DNA from: Thermoanaerobaculia bacterium
GTDB lineage: Bacteria > Acidobacteriota > Thermoanaerobaculia > UBA5066 > Gp7-AA6
DNA length: 64,000 nucleotides
Direction of reading: 5' to 3'
Assembly: GCA_038224325.1 (NCBI GenBank)
Contig: JBBRFL010000002.1
Location: forward strand, 8,352-72,351
Under the pieces are notes generated by a model. The model did not search any database. It had not been told where the DNA came from and was given only the letters and a program-made list of their open reading frames with translations. Position numbers and translations under genes: made by a program. Of this stretch, positions 18,778 to 29,355 are shown in pieces; within the stretch, counting starts at the first letter, position 1, and each line of letters opens with the position of its first letter.

Positions 18778-20637
18778 TCAGCCTCCGCGGACCTTTCCCG
18801 GCGCCGGCTCCTTCCGGCGCGGGCCCACCTTCTGGACGAGCCGGATGTTCGAGCGCAGCTGCTGCATCATGCGGTCCTCGATCCCCGCTCCCCGAGCCGC
18901 CGTCTTGGCCTTCTTGAACGCGGCCTTGGCCTCCTCGGCCCTCCCCGCGGCCAGATAGGCCATTCCGAGGTGATGGAACGTCGTCGGCGCCGCCGCGCGC
19001 TCGCTCGAGCGCCGGAGGCACTCGATGGCCCGGTCGTATTCCTGGCGCTTGTAGTGCACCCACCCGAGGGCCGCCAGGGGATAGGGCTTGAGCTCCTCGG
19101 GCGCGGCCGCCAGCGCCCGCCCGGCGTAGTCGAGCGCGAGGTCCAGGTCCTCGCCGGACTCCGCGAGGCTGGTCGCAAGCTCGTAGTAGCCCACGGCCTG
19201 CGCGGTCTTGGAGGGATGCTGGTCGAGAAACTCCCGGAGGAACTCCGCCGCCTCGCGCGGCTTGCCCTCCGCGCGCAGGGCCTCCGACAGCGTCGAGCAC
19301 GCCGCCGCAGCCACCACGTCCTCGGGATCGGCGGCGAGGACCTCGCGGCACGCCGCGATGGCCTCCTTCCACCGGCCCATCGAGGCGGAGAGCAGCGCGA
19401 ATGAGACGCGGATCGTGGGATTGCGCGGCTCGGCGCGCATGGCCTGGCGGTAGAGCTCCTGCGCCCGTTCGAGGTACCCGCGCGCCGCGCTGTCCTCGGC
19501 GTCGCGGAACGCAGTCGCTCCCGGGCCGTCCACGCGCGGCAACTCGTATCCGCGGCGCCCCTCCAGCAGGCGCACGGCCTCCTGGTACTCGAGCCGCCGG
19601 GGATTCTTCTCGAGCGCCTGCTGGAAGCATTCGAGGGCGCGCTTGAGCCAGTTCTTCTCCAGGTAGCACAGCCCGAGCTGGAAGACGGCTTCCTCGGATT
19701 CCGGCGCCAGCCGCAGCGCCTCCTCGAACTCGTGGATGGCGCGCGGGAGCTCTCCCTTTTCGCGGAGGACGTTGCCGAGCAGGATGTGGGCCGACGGCAC
19801 GGGAGCGGCGTCGATCGCCCGTTCCAGGGCCCGCTCTGCCTCCTCCCACCGCGAGAGGTGCGCGTACAGGGTCCCCAGCGCGAAGTGCGGGAGGAACGCG
19901 TCGGGCTTGCGCTCGATGGCGCGGTGCAGCGACATCTCCGCGGCGCCGGAGTCGCCCGCCTCCGACGCGGCGATCCCGTTGTACACGAGCGCCTCGAAGT
20001 GGGTCGGATCCACGGCCAGGATTCTCTTGAAGTGGCTGGAGGCGCGCTCGAGGTCTCCCGCCGAGAAGAACGTCTCCGCCAGGTAGAAGCCCAGCTCGAC
20101 GTTCTCGCGATCGGAGCGATAGAGCTCCTCGAGCACGCGCATGCCGCGGTCGGCGTCCAGCGCGAGGATGGCAAACTCGGCCTCCCTGAGCTTCTTGAGG
20201 AAGGCCTCGCGATCGGTCCCCGAGAACCGCCCAATGATGCGGTCGCGGCGCTCCAGGAATCGGTCCTTCTTCTCGACCGCCTGCATCCGCTCGTCCATCT
20301 TGGATTCCCAGAGATCGACGACCTCCTCGGCGCGGACGGCGCCGCGGCGCTCCAGCGTCTCCTGCAGCGCAAGGATTCCCGTGTGCGCGACGAAGAGGTT
20401 CTTCTCGAGGTTCCCCATCGATTCGAAGAGCGACTTGACCGCTTCGGCGGTCCGCTTGACCACGTCCTCGAGCGTCGAGATCCGCTCCAGGAGGTGCTCG
20501 TCGAACGGGATCTCCTCCTGAGGCTCGCCGGTCTCCTCGACGACGCCGACGCCCGAGAGGACCAGGAGCTTGGAGTTGCAGCGCGCGCAGTACTCCTCGT
20601 CGTCGGAATTCTTCAGCCCGCAGACCTGGCAGTACAT
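18778..20637 (-). CDS. TPR-repeat protein with an N-terminal zinc ribbon
   Basis: The N-terminus MYCQVCGLKNSDDEEYCARCNSK carries a CxxC...CxxC zinc ribbon. Multiple TPR-like repeats follow (AxxxYxxA patterns). Confidence 0.55.
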   Translation of the reverse strand: MYCQVCGLKNSDDEEYCARCNSKLLVLSGVGVVEETGEPQEEIPFDEHLLERISTLEDVVKRTAEAVKSLFESMGNLEKNLFVAHTGILALQETLERRGAVRAEEVVDLWESKMDERMQAVEKKDRFLERRDRIIGRFSGTDREAFLKKLREAEFAILALDADRGMRVLEELYRSDRENVELGFYLAETFFSAGDLERASSHFKRILAVDPTHFEALVYNGIAASEAGDSGAAEMSLHRAIERKPDAFLPHFALGTLYAHLSRWEEAERALERAIDAAPVPSAHILLGNVLREKGELPRAIHEFEEALRLAPESEEAVFQLGLCYLEKNWLKRALECFQQALEKNPRRLEYQEAVRLLEGRRGYELPRVDGPGATAFRDAEDSAARGYLERAQELYRQAMRAEPRNPTIRVSFALLSASMGRWKEAIAACREVLAADPEDVVAAAACSTLSEALRAEGKPREAAEFLREFLDQHPSKTAQAVGYYELATSLAESGEDLDLALDYAGRALAAAPEELKPYPLAALGWVHYKRQEYDRAIECLRRSSERAAAPTTFHHLGMAYLAAGRAEEAKAAFKKAKTAARGAGIEDRMMQQLRSNIRLVQKVGPRRKEPAPGKVRGG

Positions 20638-20648
20638 GGGTCAGGAGC

Positions 20649-21512
<864 letters not shown>

Positions 21513-21610
21513 ACTCTATCCGAAAAACCGATTCCGCTACGCCGGCGGGAAGCGGGTGCCGCGCTTCTCTCCCTGTCGCTCGCGTCGAGCGAGCTCTCAC
21601 AAAGCCCCGC

Positions 21611-22495
21611 CTAGAAAACCACTCGATAGCGAGGGACCCCGAAGCGCGACACGAGGGCGACGCCGACGGCGACGACCGAGGCTGCGCTCCAGAGCACGGG
21701 GCCGACGAAGGGCAACATCGAAATCCCACCGAGCAGGGCGAATCCGGCGGCCAGCGCCAGCGGGCGCCGCGCGGGTGCGCCGCTCCGGAGCAGCTTTTGT
21801 CCCACCAGCAGGAAGAGCGCGGCCATCCCGAAGATCTTCGCGACGACCGCGACCGCCGCGGAAAACAGCGCGATCGGGATCGCGACCGCCGACGGAAGGA
21901 GCGACAGCGCCGCTCCCGCCGCCAGGAAGAGCGAGAGCACTCCGAGGGCTCCCGCGAGCAGCGAGGAGGACCAGTCCTCTTCGGCCGAAACCGCGGCGCG
22001 CGCTAGCGGCGAGGAAAAGAGGTAGAGGAGCGACATGCCGGCGGCGAGCCAAACCGCCAGCGCCATGAGCCGGAGCCCGGCGAGAACCGAGAAGGCGGAC
22101 GCGCCCGGCTCCCAGGGCGAGCGCCGCATCTCGGAGAGGTAGAGCCGCAGCAGGGACCCCGGCGTCGAGACCCGTCCCTCGACCGGGATCGCGCGGCCCG
22201 GTGGGGACTCGATCGATCCGCCGAAGACGATGAGATCGCCAGCTACCGATCCGCCGGGCGCGAACGACGCGTCGCCTCCCCAGACGATCACGTCGCCGGA
22301 CACGCGCGCCGCGATCCGCACGTCGCAGAGCACGGCGACCACTCGACCCGCGTACGCCTGGGAGATGACGAGGTCCCGGCCCACGGAGCGGATCGAGGCG
22401 GGCGTAGCGCTCGCCGAACGGGAAAGCAGGAGGAGCGGAAGGAGGAGAGCGAGTGCACGGATCCGAGCGAGGGGATGGAGCCTCCCCCGCGTCAT
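21611..22495 (-). CDS. Membrane protein with an N-terminal bactofilin-like beta-repeat domain and a C-terminal multi-transmembrane region
   Basis: A signal peptide or transmembrane segment (ALALLLPLLLLS) is present. Repeats of the G-x-V-x-G-D-x-x-V-x-GG type (RVSGDVIVWGGDASFAPGGSVAGDLIVFGGSI) follow. The C-terminal half has 4 to 5 hydrophobic helices. The start codon overlaps the stop codon of the anti-sigma gene. Confidence 0.5.
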   Translation of the reverse strand: MTRGRLHPLARIRALALLLPLLLLSRSASATPASIRSVGRDLVISQAYAGRVVAVLCDVRIAARVSGDVIVWGGDASFAPGGSVAGDLIVFGGSIESPPGRAIPVEGRVSTPGSLLRLYLSEMRRSPWEPGASAFSVLAGLRLMALAVWLAAGMSLLYLFSSPLARAAVSAEEDWSSSLLAGALGVLSLFLAAGAALSLLPSAVAIPIALFSAAVAVVAKIFGMAALFLLVGQKLLRSGAPARRPLALAAGFALLGGISMLPFVGPVLWSAASVVAVGVALVSRFGVPRYRVVF

Positions 22496-23055
22496 CGGCG
22501 GCGGAGGCTGGCGCGGGAGAGCACCCTGCGCAGGCCCAGCGCGGCGGGCACCAGGAGCGCCAGCGCCGCCGCGCCGAGGACGGTCTCGCCTCTCAGGCCG
22601 GACGAGAGGCCTTCCAGGGCGGCCGGCGCGACCCGAAGGGATTCGATCGCCCAGGCCCCCAGGGCGCGCGCCAGCGCCAGGAGAGGCGCGAGGGCGGCGG
22701 CGCTCAGGGCGACCTGATCTGAGGCCGTCAGAATCGGCAGGGCGAGAAGTGCCGCCCCGGCCAGACCGAGGGAGAGGTCCAGAAGGATCGGGGCGCGCCA
22801 GAGGGCGTAAGTCCGGCGCTCCCGCCGCGAGAAGGCCCTCAGCCGCAGGACCCGTTCCGGCAGGCCCGGAACGGCGTGATCCGCCTCAAGGAGGCCCTGG
22901 AGAGCGACGGTCAGCCGTTCGCTCGCCTGGACCATCTCCTGGCAGGAGGGGCAGTCCCTGGCGTGGGTGGCGGCATCGGCCGCGAAAACGGGGTCCGCGC
23001 CGGCGGAAACTGCTTCGGCGTCAATGGGATCCAGGGGGCGAGGGCACGATTTCAA
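22492..23055 (-). CDS. Anti-sigma factor (zf-HC2 type) with a transmembrane segment
   Basis: A TTG start overlaps the sigma factor TGA (the sequence TTGA). The motif C-x7-L...H-x3-C-x2-C (MKSCPRPL...HARDCPSCQEM) is followed by a hydrophobic helix. The ORF track shows a longer out-of-frame extension, which I rejected. Confidence 0.55.
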   Translation of the reverse strand: MKSCPRPLDPIDAEAVSAGADPVFAADAATHARDCPSCQEMVQASERLTVALQGLLEADHAVPGLPERVLRLRAFSRRERRTYALWRAPILLDLSLGLAGAALLALPILTASDQVALSAAALAPLLALARALGAWAIESLRVAPAALEGLSSGLRGETVLGAAALALLVPAALGLRRVLSRASLRRR

Positions 23056-23639
23056 GTCACTTCTCCCGACAACCTTTCTTTCAATACGGCTCTGGCGCGA
23101 AAGAGTTTGTTTTTGACCGTCCCGAGCGGCATGTCCTTGACGGAGGCGATTTCCTCGTAGGACAGGCCCGCGAAATGCCGCAGCGCGATCAACTCCCGGA
23201 AATCGGGGGGCAGATCGCCGATCGCGCGCATGATCGCCTCGCCCCGCTCCGCGTTGCGCAGGCTGCCGTAGGGGTCCAGCCCGGTCGAGCGCTGCTCCCC
23301 GGGATAGGGGCCGGGGCCGCCCTCCGGGTCGGGCGTCTCGAGGGGAACCGTGCGGAGGCGCCGCTTGCGCAGGTGGTCGATGGCCGCGTTTCCCGCGATG
23401 CGGAACAGCCACGTCGAGAACTTGTAGGACGGGTTGAAGCGATTCAGAGCCTGGAAGACCTTCAAAAAGATCTCCTGGGAGAGGTCGATCGCGTCCTCGC
23501 GCACTCCGACCATCCGGGAGACGTGGGACACCACCCGCGCCTGGTACCGGCGCACCAGCACCTCGAACAGGTCTTCCTCGCCGGAGAGGACGCGCGCGAC
23601 AATGGCGCCGTCCTCGAGCTCCGTGCTGCTGGGATCCAA
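23052..23639 (-). CDS. RNA polymerase ECF sigma factor
   Basis: Region 2 ([25 protein letters not shown]...[35 protein letters not shown]) and a region 4 helix-turn-helix ([25 protein letters not shown]) are present. I propose a TTG start at 23639; the longer ORF track start at 23825 would overlap the divergent gdhA promoter region. Confidence 0.7.
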   Translation of the reverse strand: MDPSSTELEDGAIVARVLSGEEDLFEVLVRRYQARVVSHVSRMVGVREDAIDLSQEIFLKVFQALNRFNPSYKFSTWLFRIAGNAAIDHLRKRRLRTVPLETPDPEGGPGPYPGEQRSTGLDPYGSLRNAERGEAIMRAIGDLPPDFRELIALRHFAGLSYEEIASVKDMPLGTVKNKLFRARAVLKERLSGEVT

Positions 23640-23769
23640 AGTTCCTCTTCCGCCACGGGATGTCCGGCCGTCCTCGGAATCGGCCGGAAGGCCCGGTGCT
23701 AGAATCCTTTGGCATCTTAGTGGAGCGGGCCCGGGGCCCGTTTGGGCGGCTCCTTTTTGGGAGTGTTTC

Positions 23770-25071
23770 GTGAGCTCAATCGCCGAACCCCAATTTCCCA
23801 CGATCGGGTCGCATCCGCAGGGCACGGACTCGGCCAGCCCGTTCGAGGAGATGATGTCGCGGTTCGACCTGGCCGCCCAGAAGCTGGGGCTCGATCCGGG
23901 ACTCTACAAGGTGCTGCGCGAGCCCGTCCGGGAGACGAAGGTCTCGATCCCCGTCGCGATGGACGATGGGCGCATCGAGGTCTTCATCGGCTACCGCGTT
24001 CTGCACAACATCGCCCGCGGTCCCGGGAAGGGCGGTATCCGCTTCGACAAGAACGTCTCCTTAGACGAGGTCCGGGCGCTGGCGGCGTGGATGACCTGGA
24101 AGTGCGCCGTCGTCAACATCCCGTTCGGAGGCGCCAAGGGGGGCGTGATCTGCGACCCGCAGAGCCTCTCGCGCGCCGAGCTCGAGAAGATCACCCGCCG
24201 GTACACCGCCGAGCTCATGGACCAGTTCGGTCCCGAGAAGGACGTTCCCGCGCCGGACATGGGTACCAACCCCCAGACGATGGCCTGGATCATGGACACC
24301 TACTCCATGCACGCCCGGCACACGGTGACCGCGGTGGTGACCGGCAAGCCCCTGTCTCTGGGCGGGTCGCGCGGACGCGTCGAGGCGACCGGCCGCGGCC
24401 TGATGCTCATCGCGCGGGAGGCGGCGCCCCTGAAGGGGTTCACTCTTTCGGGCAGCCGCATCGCCGTCCAGGGCTTCGGCAACGTCGGCTCGATCGCGGC
24501 GCGGATGTGCCACGACGCGGGGGCCCGGATCATCGCGGTCTCCGACATCGGGGGCGGCATCTACGCGAAGGACGGGATCGACATGTCGGCCCTGCTCGCC
24601 CACTACGAGAAGAACCGGGCGTTCACCGGCTTCCCCGGGGTCGAGGCCGTGTCCAACACCGCGCTCCTGGAGCTCGACTGCGACATCCTGATCCCGGCCG
24701 CAAACGAGAATCAGATTCGAGGCAAGAACGCGCCCAACATCCGGGCGAAGATCATCGTGGAGGGCGCCAACGGCCCGACGACGCAGCGAGCCGACGAGAT
24801 CCTGGCTGAGAAGGGCGTGCTCGTGGTCCCCGACATACTCGCCAACGCCGGAGGCGTGACGGTCTCCTACTTCGAGTGGGTTCAGGATCGAGCGGGTTTC
24901 TTCTGGCGGGAGAGCGAGGTCAACGAGCGGCTGGAAGACATCATGGTCCAGTCCTTCACCGACGTCGCCTCCATGGCCGAGAAGTACGGCGTCACCTTCC
25001 GGATCGCGGCGTACATGCTGGGCATCTCCCGCGTCGCGCACGACACGATGGTGCGCGGCCTGTACGCCTAG
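23770..25071 (+). CDS. gdhA: NAD(P)-specific glutamate dehydrogenase
   Basis: Motifs typical of Glu/Leu/Phe/Val dehydrogenases are present: [28 protein letters not shown] and GFGNVGS. The start is uncertain between GTG at 23770 and ATG at about 23851. Confidence 0.8.
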   Translation: MSSIAEPQFPTIGSHPQGTDSASPFEEMMSRFDLAAQKLGLDPGLYKVLREPVRETKVSIPVAMDDGRIEVFIGYRVLHNIARGPGKGGIRFDKNVSLDEVRALAAWMTWKCAVVNIPFGGAKGGVICDPQSLSRAELEKITRRYTAELMDQFGPEKDVPAPDMGTNPQTMAWIMDTYSMHARHTVTAVVTGKPLSLGGSRGRVEATGRGLMLIAREAAPLKGFTLSGSRIAVQGFGNVGSIAARMCHDAGARIIAVSDIGGGIYAKDGIDMSALLAHYEKNRAFTGFPGVEAVSNTALLELDCDILIPAANENQIRGKNAPNIRAKIIVEGANGPTTQRADEILAEKGVLVVPDILANAGGVTVSYFEWVQDRAGFFWRESEVNERLEDIMVQSFTDVASMAEKYGVTFRIAAYMLGISRVAHDTMVRGLYA

Positions 25072-25074
25072 CCC

Positions 25075-25362
25075 TTAGCGCAGCGCGACCTTCGGGCGAA
25101 TCTCCGGAAGCTCGATGGCGAGCTTCTTCTCGAGCTCCGACAGGGTCGCCTCGACCGGCTTTCGCCAGGTGGGGTCGAGCAGGCTGACCGTGAGGCGCCG
25201 GCCCGTAAGCGCGGTCGGCGCGATCTTTCGGGAGAGCGGCTCCCCCACGATCCGCCCCCAGCGCGCCTGGATCCAGGTCAGCGCGTTGTCGCCCCGGGCC
25301 ATCCGCCGCAACAGTCCGTCGGCCGTCGCATCCAGCGACGAGAAGGAGGATTTCTTCTTCAT
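25075..25362 (-). CDS. DUF721 (DciA-like) domain protein
   Basis: The 95-aa product MKKKSSFSSLDATADGLLRRMARGDNALTWIQARWGRIVGEPLSRKIAPTALTGRRLTVSLLDPTW... resembles the DUF721/DciA fold. The start overlaps the upstream dehydrogenase stop codon (ATGA). Confidence 0.5.
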   Translation of the reverse strand: MKKKSSFSSLDATADGLLRRMARGDNALTWIQARWGRIVGEPLSRKIAPTALTGRRLTVSLLDPTWRKPVEATLSELEKKLAIELPEIRPKVALR

Positions 25363-26324
25363 CTCCGGCCTCCCTCCGACGGCGCCGGCCTCAGGGGCTT
25401 TTCCCCGGCCAGGACCCGACGGACGTCTTCCACGACCATACGCGCCATTTCGCGCCGTGTCTCCACCGTTGCGCTCCCGGCGTGCGGCATCAGGACCACC
25501 CGGTCGTCGTCCAGCAGCGCGGGCGTGACGGCGGGCTCGCTCTCGTAGACGTCCAGGCCCGCCCCCGCCAGGACTCCGGTGTCCAGGGCGCGGGTGAGCG
25601 CCACCTCGTCCACGACCGCGCCTCGGGACGTGTTCAGGAGCAGGCTCCCGGGCTTCATGCGGGCGAAGGTCGCCGCGTCGAAGAGGTGCCGCGTCTCCTC
25701 GGTCAGCGGCACGTGCAGCGAGATCACGTCCGCCCGGCGGAGCAGCTCGTCGAAGGACACCCGCGGCGGATCGTCCGGATCGTTCTCGTCGCGCGGGCTC
25801 CGGCCCGCGGCGATCACGGTCATGCCGAACGCCCGGGCGCGGCGCGCGACGGCCTTTCCGATCCGGCCCGGGCCCACGATGCCGAACACCTTGCCCTTCA
25901 GGTCCCGTCCCAGGAGGAGATCGGGCGCCCATCCCGCGAAACCGCCCGCGCGGACCAGCCGGTCGCCCTCGACGATTCGCCGGAACAGCGCGAGCAGAAG
26001 CGCGAGCGTCAGGTCGGCGGTGGCGTCCGTCAGGGCGTTGGGCGTGTGCGTGACGAAGATCCCGCGCGCGGCCGCGGCGGTCCGGTCGATCTGATTCACG
26101 CCCACGGCGTAGCTCGCGATGATCTTCAGGCGCTCCGCCGCCTGGATCGCCGCGGCGGTGACGGAATCGTCGACGAGGCAGATCAGCGCGTCGACGCCCG
26201 GAAGCTCGGCGGCCAGCTCCGCCTCGCTCGGGCTGTATCCGAGCACCCGAACGTCGAAGTCGGCGCGCAGCGTGTCGAAGGGCTCCGGGAGCTCGCGGGT
26301 CGCCAGCACGACGCCGCCCGTCAT
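25359..26324 (-). CDS. D-isomer-specific 2-hydroxyacid dehydrogenase (glyoxylate/hydroxypyruvate reductase-like)
   Basis: A GxGxxG NAD-binding site (GIVGPGRIGKAVARRARAFGMTV) and catalytic-domain motifs (LLLNTSRGAVVDE, LDVYESEP, MPHAGSAT) are present. The product is 321 aa. Confidence 0.8.
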   Translation of the reverse strand: MTGGVVLATRELPEPFDTLRADFDVRVLGYSPSEAELAAELPGVDALICLVDDSVTAAAIQAAERLKIIASYAVGVNQIDRTAAAARGIFVTHTPNALTDATADLTLALLLALFRRIVEGDRLVRAGGFAGWAPDLLLGRDLKGKVFGIVGPGRIGKAVARRARAFGMTVIAAGRSPRDENDPDDPPRVSFDELLRRADVISLHVPLTEETRHLFDAATFARMKPGSLLLNTSRGAVVDEVALTRALDTGVLAGAGLDVYESEPAVTPALLDDDRVVLMPHAGSATVETRREMARMVVEDVRRVLAGEKPLRPAPSEGGRR

Positions 26325-26485
26325 CGGGAGCTCCGCTGCAGCGCCTGGCCCGCGAAGAAGATCCCCGCCCCCAGTCCCAGCAACAGGAGCTCGCGCCGGA
26401 CGTTGTGCCCGAGGACGCCCACGAAGAACGCGGAGCCCGCGACCACGAGGCCCAGGAGCTGGACGGCGCGGGACAGCGAGTACAC

Positions 26486-28576
26486 CTACCGGCTCTCCCG
26501 CCCGACCCGGACGCCGAGGATGCGATCCCCCTGCTCGATCCGGTTCACGACGTCCATGCCCTCGACGACCTGCCCGAAGGCCGTGTAGGCGCCGTCGAGC
26601 TGGGGCTGCGGCCTCATGGTCACGAACCACTGGCTCCCGCCGGTGTCGGGACCCGCGAGCGCCATGCCGACCGTGCCCGCGCCGTAGGACAGCGTGTTGA
26701 TCTCGTCCCGGATCTCGTAGCCGGGGCCGCCGTTTCCCGTGCCGCCGGGATCGCCGTCCTGCACGACGTAACCCGGCACGACGCGGTGGATCCGGGCACC
26801 GTCGAAGTAGGCGGTGCGGGCGAGCTTCCGGAAGTTCGTCACCGTCAGGGGCGCCTCACTCCCCGCCAGCCGGATCGTGAAGGCTCCCCTCTCGGTGTCG
26901 ATCCGCACGTCCGCGGGCCTCCGCGCCTCTTCCGCCAGCGCCGCGTAGTCGGCGGACGTCTTTCCCGTGGAATACTCGCGGAGCGGGAACTCGTCGCCGC
27001 CCGCTCGAAACACGCGCACGAGGGCGCGGCGGGCCAGGCGCGACACGAGCGGGGAGGGATGGCGGTACGCCGCCTCGGCGATCGCGCGGGCCTCGGCGCT
27101 CTCCGGCCGCTTCGAAGCCACGTCGATCGCCTCGATCCCGACGTCCGGCGCGGCGTCCCCGTACGAACCCACGACGGCATCGTGGATCCCCCGGAGAGCC
27201 GCCGGGTCCCCGCCGAGCGCCAGCGCCTCGATCGCCGCGGCCCGGATGCCGGGATCCGAATCCTTGAGGAGGGCGTCGACGACCGCGCGGCTGTTCCGGG
27301 CGTCGGCGGGAGTCTTCAGTCCCTCGAGGACCTTCAGGCGCACGACGATCTCGGGGTCGGACGCCAGCCTCTCGCGCCGCGCGGAGGCGTCGGCCTCCGG
27401 AAGGAGCGAGAGCGACTCCGCCGCGGAGGCCCGCAGGAACGGGTCGGCGCCGGAGATCGCCGCGTCCGCGAGGGGCTCCGCCTTCTCGCCGAGAGCGCCC
27501 ATGAGCGCCTCGAGGGCCACCGCGCGCCTCCCGCCTCGCCCGGTCCCGGCCACCGCCCATAGCCGGCGAAAGACCTCGCGGTCGGCGGGAAACCAGCGCA
27601 GGAGCGCGAGCGCGGGGATTGCGAGGTTGGGATCCGCGTCCCCGGAGAGCGCGAGCAGGCGGGCGCCGGTCGCCGGGGCGAGGGCGGCCGAGGGATTCTT
27701 CTCCAGGATCGCCCGCGCCGCGGTCAGCGCCCAGACCACGGCGGGCGCCCGGGGCCCGAACATCGCAGCCGAGAGGGCCTCGAGCGATCCGGGGTTTCCG
27801 AGGACGCCGAGGCCCCGCGCGCAGGCGATCGCCGTGTCCAGGTCGGAGTCCGACAGGCCGAGCGTGAGAACGGCCCGGGAGGACTCCTGAGGGCGGCGCG
27901 CGAGGGCGTAGAGGGCGGCCGCCCGAACCGCGGGTTCCGGGCTCGCCGCGTCCACCATCGCCGTCGACGCGGCGCGCGGAGTCGGGAAATGCCAGAGGGC
28001 CCGCAGGAAAGCCGCCCGCAGCTCCGGCGTCCTGGCCCCGGGAATCGCCGCGACGAGCGCCGCTTCGCTCGCCTCCCCCTCGAGAATGCCCAGCGACCAG
28101 GCGGCGCGCGACGCCACGGCGGAGTCGGGGTCCCCGAGAAGCGGCGTGAGATTCGCGGTCAGCGCCGGCTCTCCCAGGATTCCCGACGCAAAGGCGGCGG
28201 CCGCACGCACCCCGGGGTCCGGGTCCGCGAGAGAGCCGGCGAGGAGCCGCGAGGCGCGCTCGTCCCCGATGCGGCCGAGGGCGAGCGCCGCGCGGGCGCG
28301 GATCCGAGGATCCGGAGAACGGGCGGCGGCCGCCAGAGCCGGCTCATCGAAGGCCCGTCGATCCTCGAGGGCCAGGAGCACCGCGTCGGCGTCTTCGAGC
28401 CGATCGGGTGCGCGAAGGAGCGCCGCGGCGGCGGGCGGCGAGAGGCCCGAACCCGCGGGCGGATTCGGCGGCGGATGGCTCGCGCACCGCGCGAGGCCCG
28501 CGAGGGCGACGACGAGACCGAGGAGGCGGGAGCCGCAGCGCATTCGCTCCGACCGTTCCGAGGGGGCCCGGATCAT
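26486..28576 (-). CDS. Secreted HEAT-repeat protein with a C-terminal cyclophilin-type peptidyl-prolyl cis-trans isomerase domain
   Basis: A signal peptide or lipobox (LVVALAGLARC) is present. Repeated DPxxRxxAAxALGxIG HEAT/PBS-lyase-like motifs follow. The C-terminal cyclophilin motifs are FTIRLAGSEAPLTVTNFRKLA...FHRVVPGYVVQDGDP...SQWFVT. Confidence 0.75.
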   Translation of the reverse strand: MIRAPSERSERMRCGSRLLGLVVALAGLARCASHPPPNPPAGSGLSPPAAAALLRAPDRLEDADAVLLALEDRRAFDEPALAAAARSPDPRIRARAALALGRIGDERASRLLAGSLADPDPGVRAAAAFASGILGEPALTANLTPLLGDPDSAVASRAAWSLGILEGEASEAALVAAIPGARTPELRAAFLRALWHFPTPRAASTAMVDAASPEPAVRAAALYALARRPQESSRAVLTLGLSDSDLDTAIACARGLGVLGNPGSLEALSAAMFGPRAPAVVWALTAARAILEKNPSAALAPATGARLLALSGDADPNLAIPALALLRWFPADREVFRRLWAVAGTGRGGRRAVALEALMGALGEKAEPLADAAISGADPFLRASAAESLSLLPEADASARRERLASDPEIVVRLKVLEGLKTPADARNSRAVVDALLKDSDPGIRAAAIEALALGGDPAALRGIHDAVVGSYGDAAPDVGIEAIDVASKRPESAEARAIAEAAYRHPSPLVSRLARRALVRVFRAGGDEFPLREYSTGKTSADYAALAEEARRPADVRIDTERGAFTIRLAGSEAPLTVTNFRKLARTAYFDGARIHRVVPGYVVQDGDPGGTGNGGPGYEIRDEINTLSYGAGTVGMALAGPDTGGSQWFVTMRPQPQLDGAYTAFGQVVEGMDVVNRIEQGDRILGVRVGRESR

Positions 28577-28592
28577 CGGCGCGCCCGGCCGG

Positions 28593-29336
28593 CTACGCTC
28601 CGACGAGCAGCCGGTCCCCCAGGATGTGGGGAAGTCCGGCCTTGTAGATCTTGTCGCGCGTCTTCTCGACGGAGTAAGGCACGCGGTCGAAGTGGACCAC
28701 GTGCTCGTCGGCGTCGTAGATCGCGTAGGCCGCCGAGGAGTTGCGGTCGCGCGGCTGCCCGATCGAACCGGGATTGATCAGATAGCGCAGTCCCTTTCGG
28801 AGTGGGTACCGCACCCGGTCCCCCTTGACCAGCTCGACGAGGATGCCGTGGTCCTCCAGCGTGAAGACGCACGGGATGTGGCTATGGCCGAAGAAACAGA
28901 CCGGCGAGTCCGTCTCGCGGAAGTTGAGATAGGCGTCGTAGTCCGTGAAGATGTAGGCGTCCTCGTCGCGCGGCGAGCCGTGACAGATCGCAAAGTCGCC
29001 GTCCACCAGTGCCGGGCCCAGGGGAAGGGCCTCGAGAAAGCTGCGGTTTCGGGGCGTCAGCTTCTCCGTGGTCCAACGCGCGGCCTTGAGGGCCACGGGG
29101 TTGAACAGGTCGCCGGATTCGATGCCGCATACGACCTTGTCGTGATTGCCGCGGATCATGATCTTGACCTTCTTGATCTCCCGGATCCGGTCGATCACCT
29201 GATTCGGATTGGCCCCGTAACCCACGAAGTCCCCCAGAATCACCACCCGATCGAACTTCTTGCGGCGCACGCGCGAGAGCACGGCCGACAGCGCCTCGGA
29301 GTTGGAGTGGATGTCCGACAGGATCAGGTAGCGCAT
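28593..29336 (-). CDS. Metallophosphoesterase (YfcE/MJ0936-like)
   Basis: The N-terminus MRYLILSDIHSN....VVILGDFVGYG....GNHD and later GHSH motifs match the calcineurin-like phosphoesterase signature. Confidence 0.75.
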   Translation of the reverse strand: MRYLILSDIHSNSEALSAVLSRVRRKKFDRVVILGDFVGYGANPNQVIDRIREIKKVKIMIRGNHDKVVCGIESGDLFNPVALKAARWTTEKLTPRNRSFLEALPLGPALVDGDFAICHGSPRDEDAYIFTDYDAYLNFRETDSPVCFFGHSHIPCVFTLEDHGILVELVKGDRVRYPLRKGLRYLINPGSIGQPRDRNSSAAYAIYDADEHVVHFDRVPYSVEKTRDKIYKAGLPHILGDRLLVGA

Positions 29337-29355
29337 GCGAAGAACCGGGTCTCCT

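Noticed and set aside
23639-23770. A TAGAAT-containing segment between the divergent ECF sigma and gdhA genes as a defined promoter
   Set aside because: A -10-like hexamer is visible, but I cannot assign -35 or -10 pairs to either strand with confidence without transcription-start data, so I did not report it as a feature.
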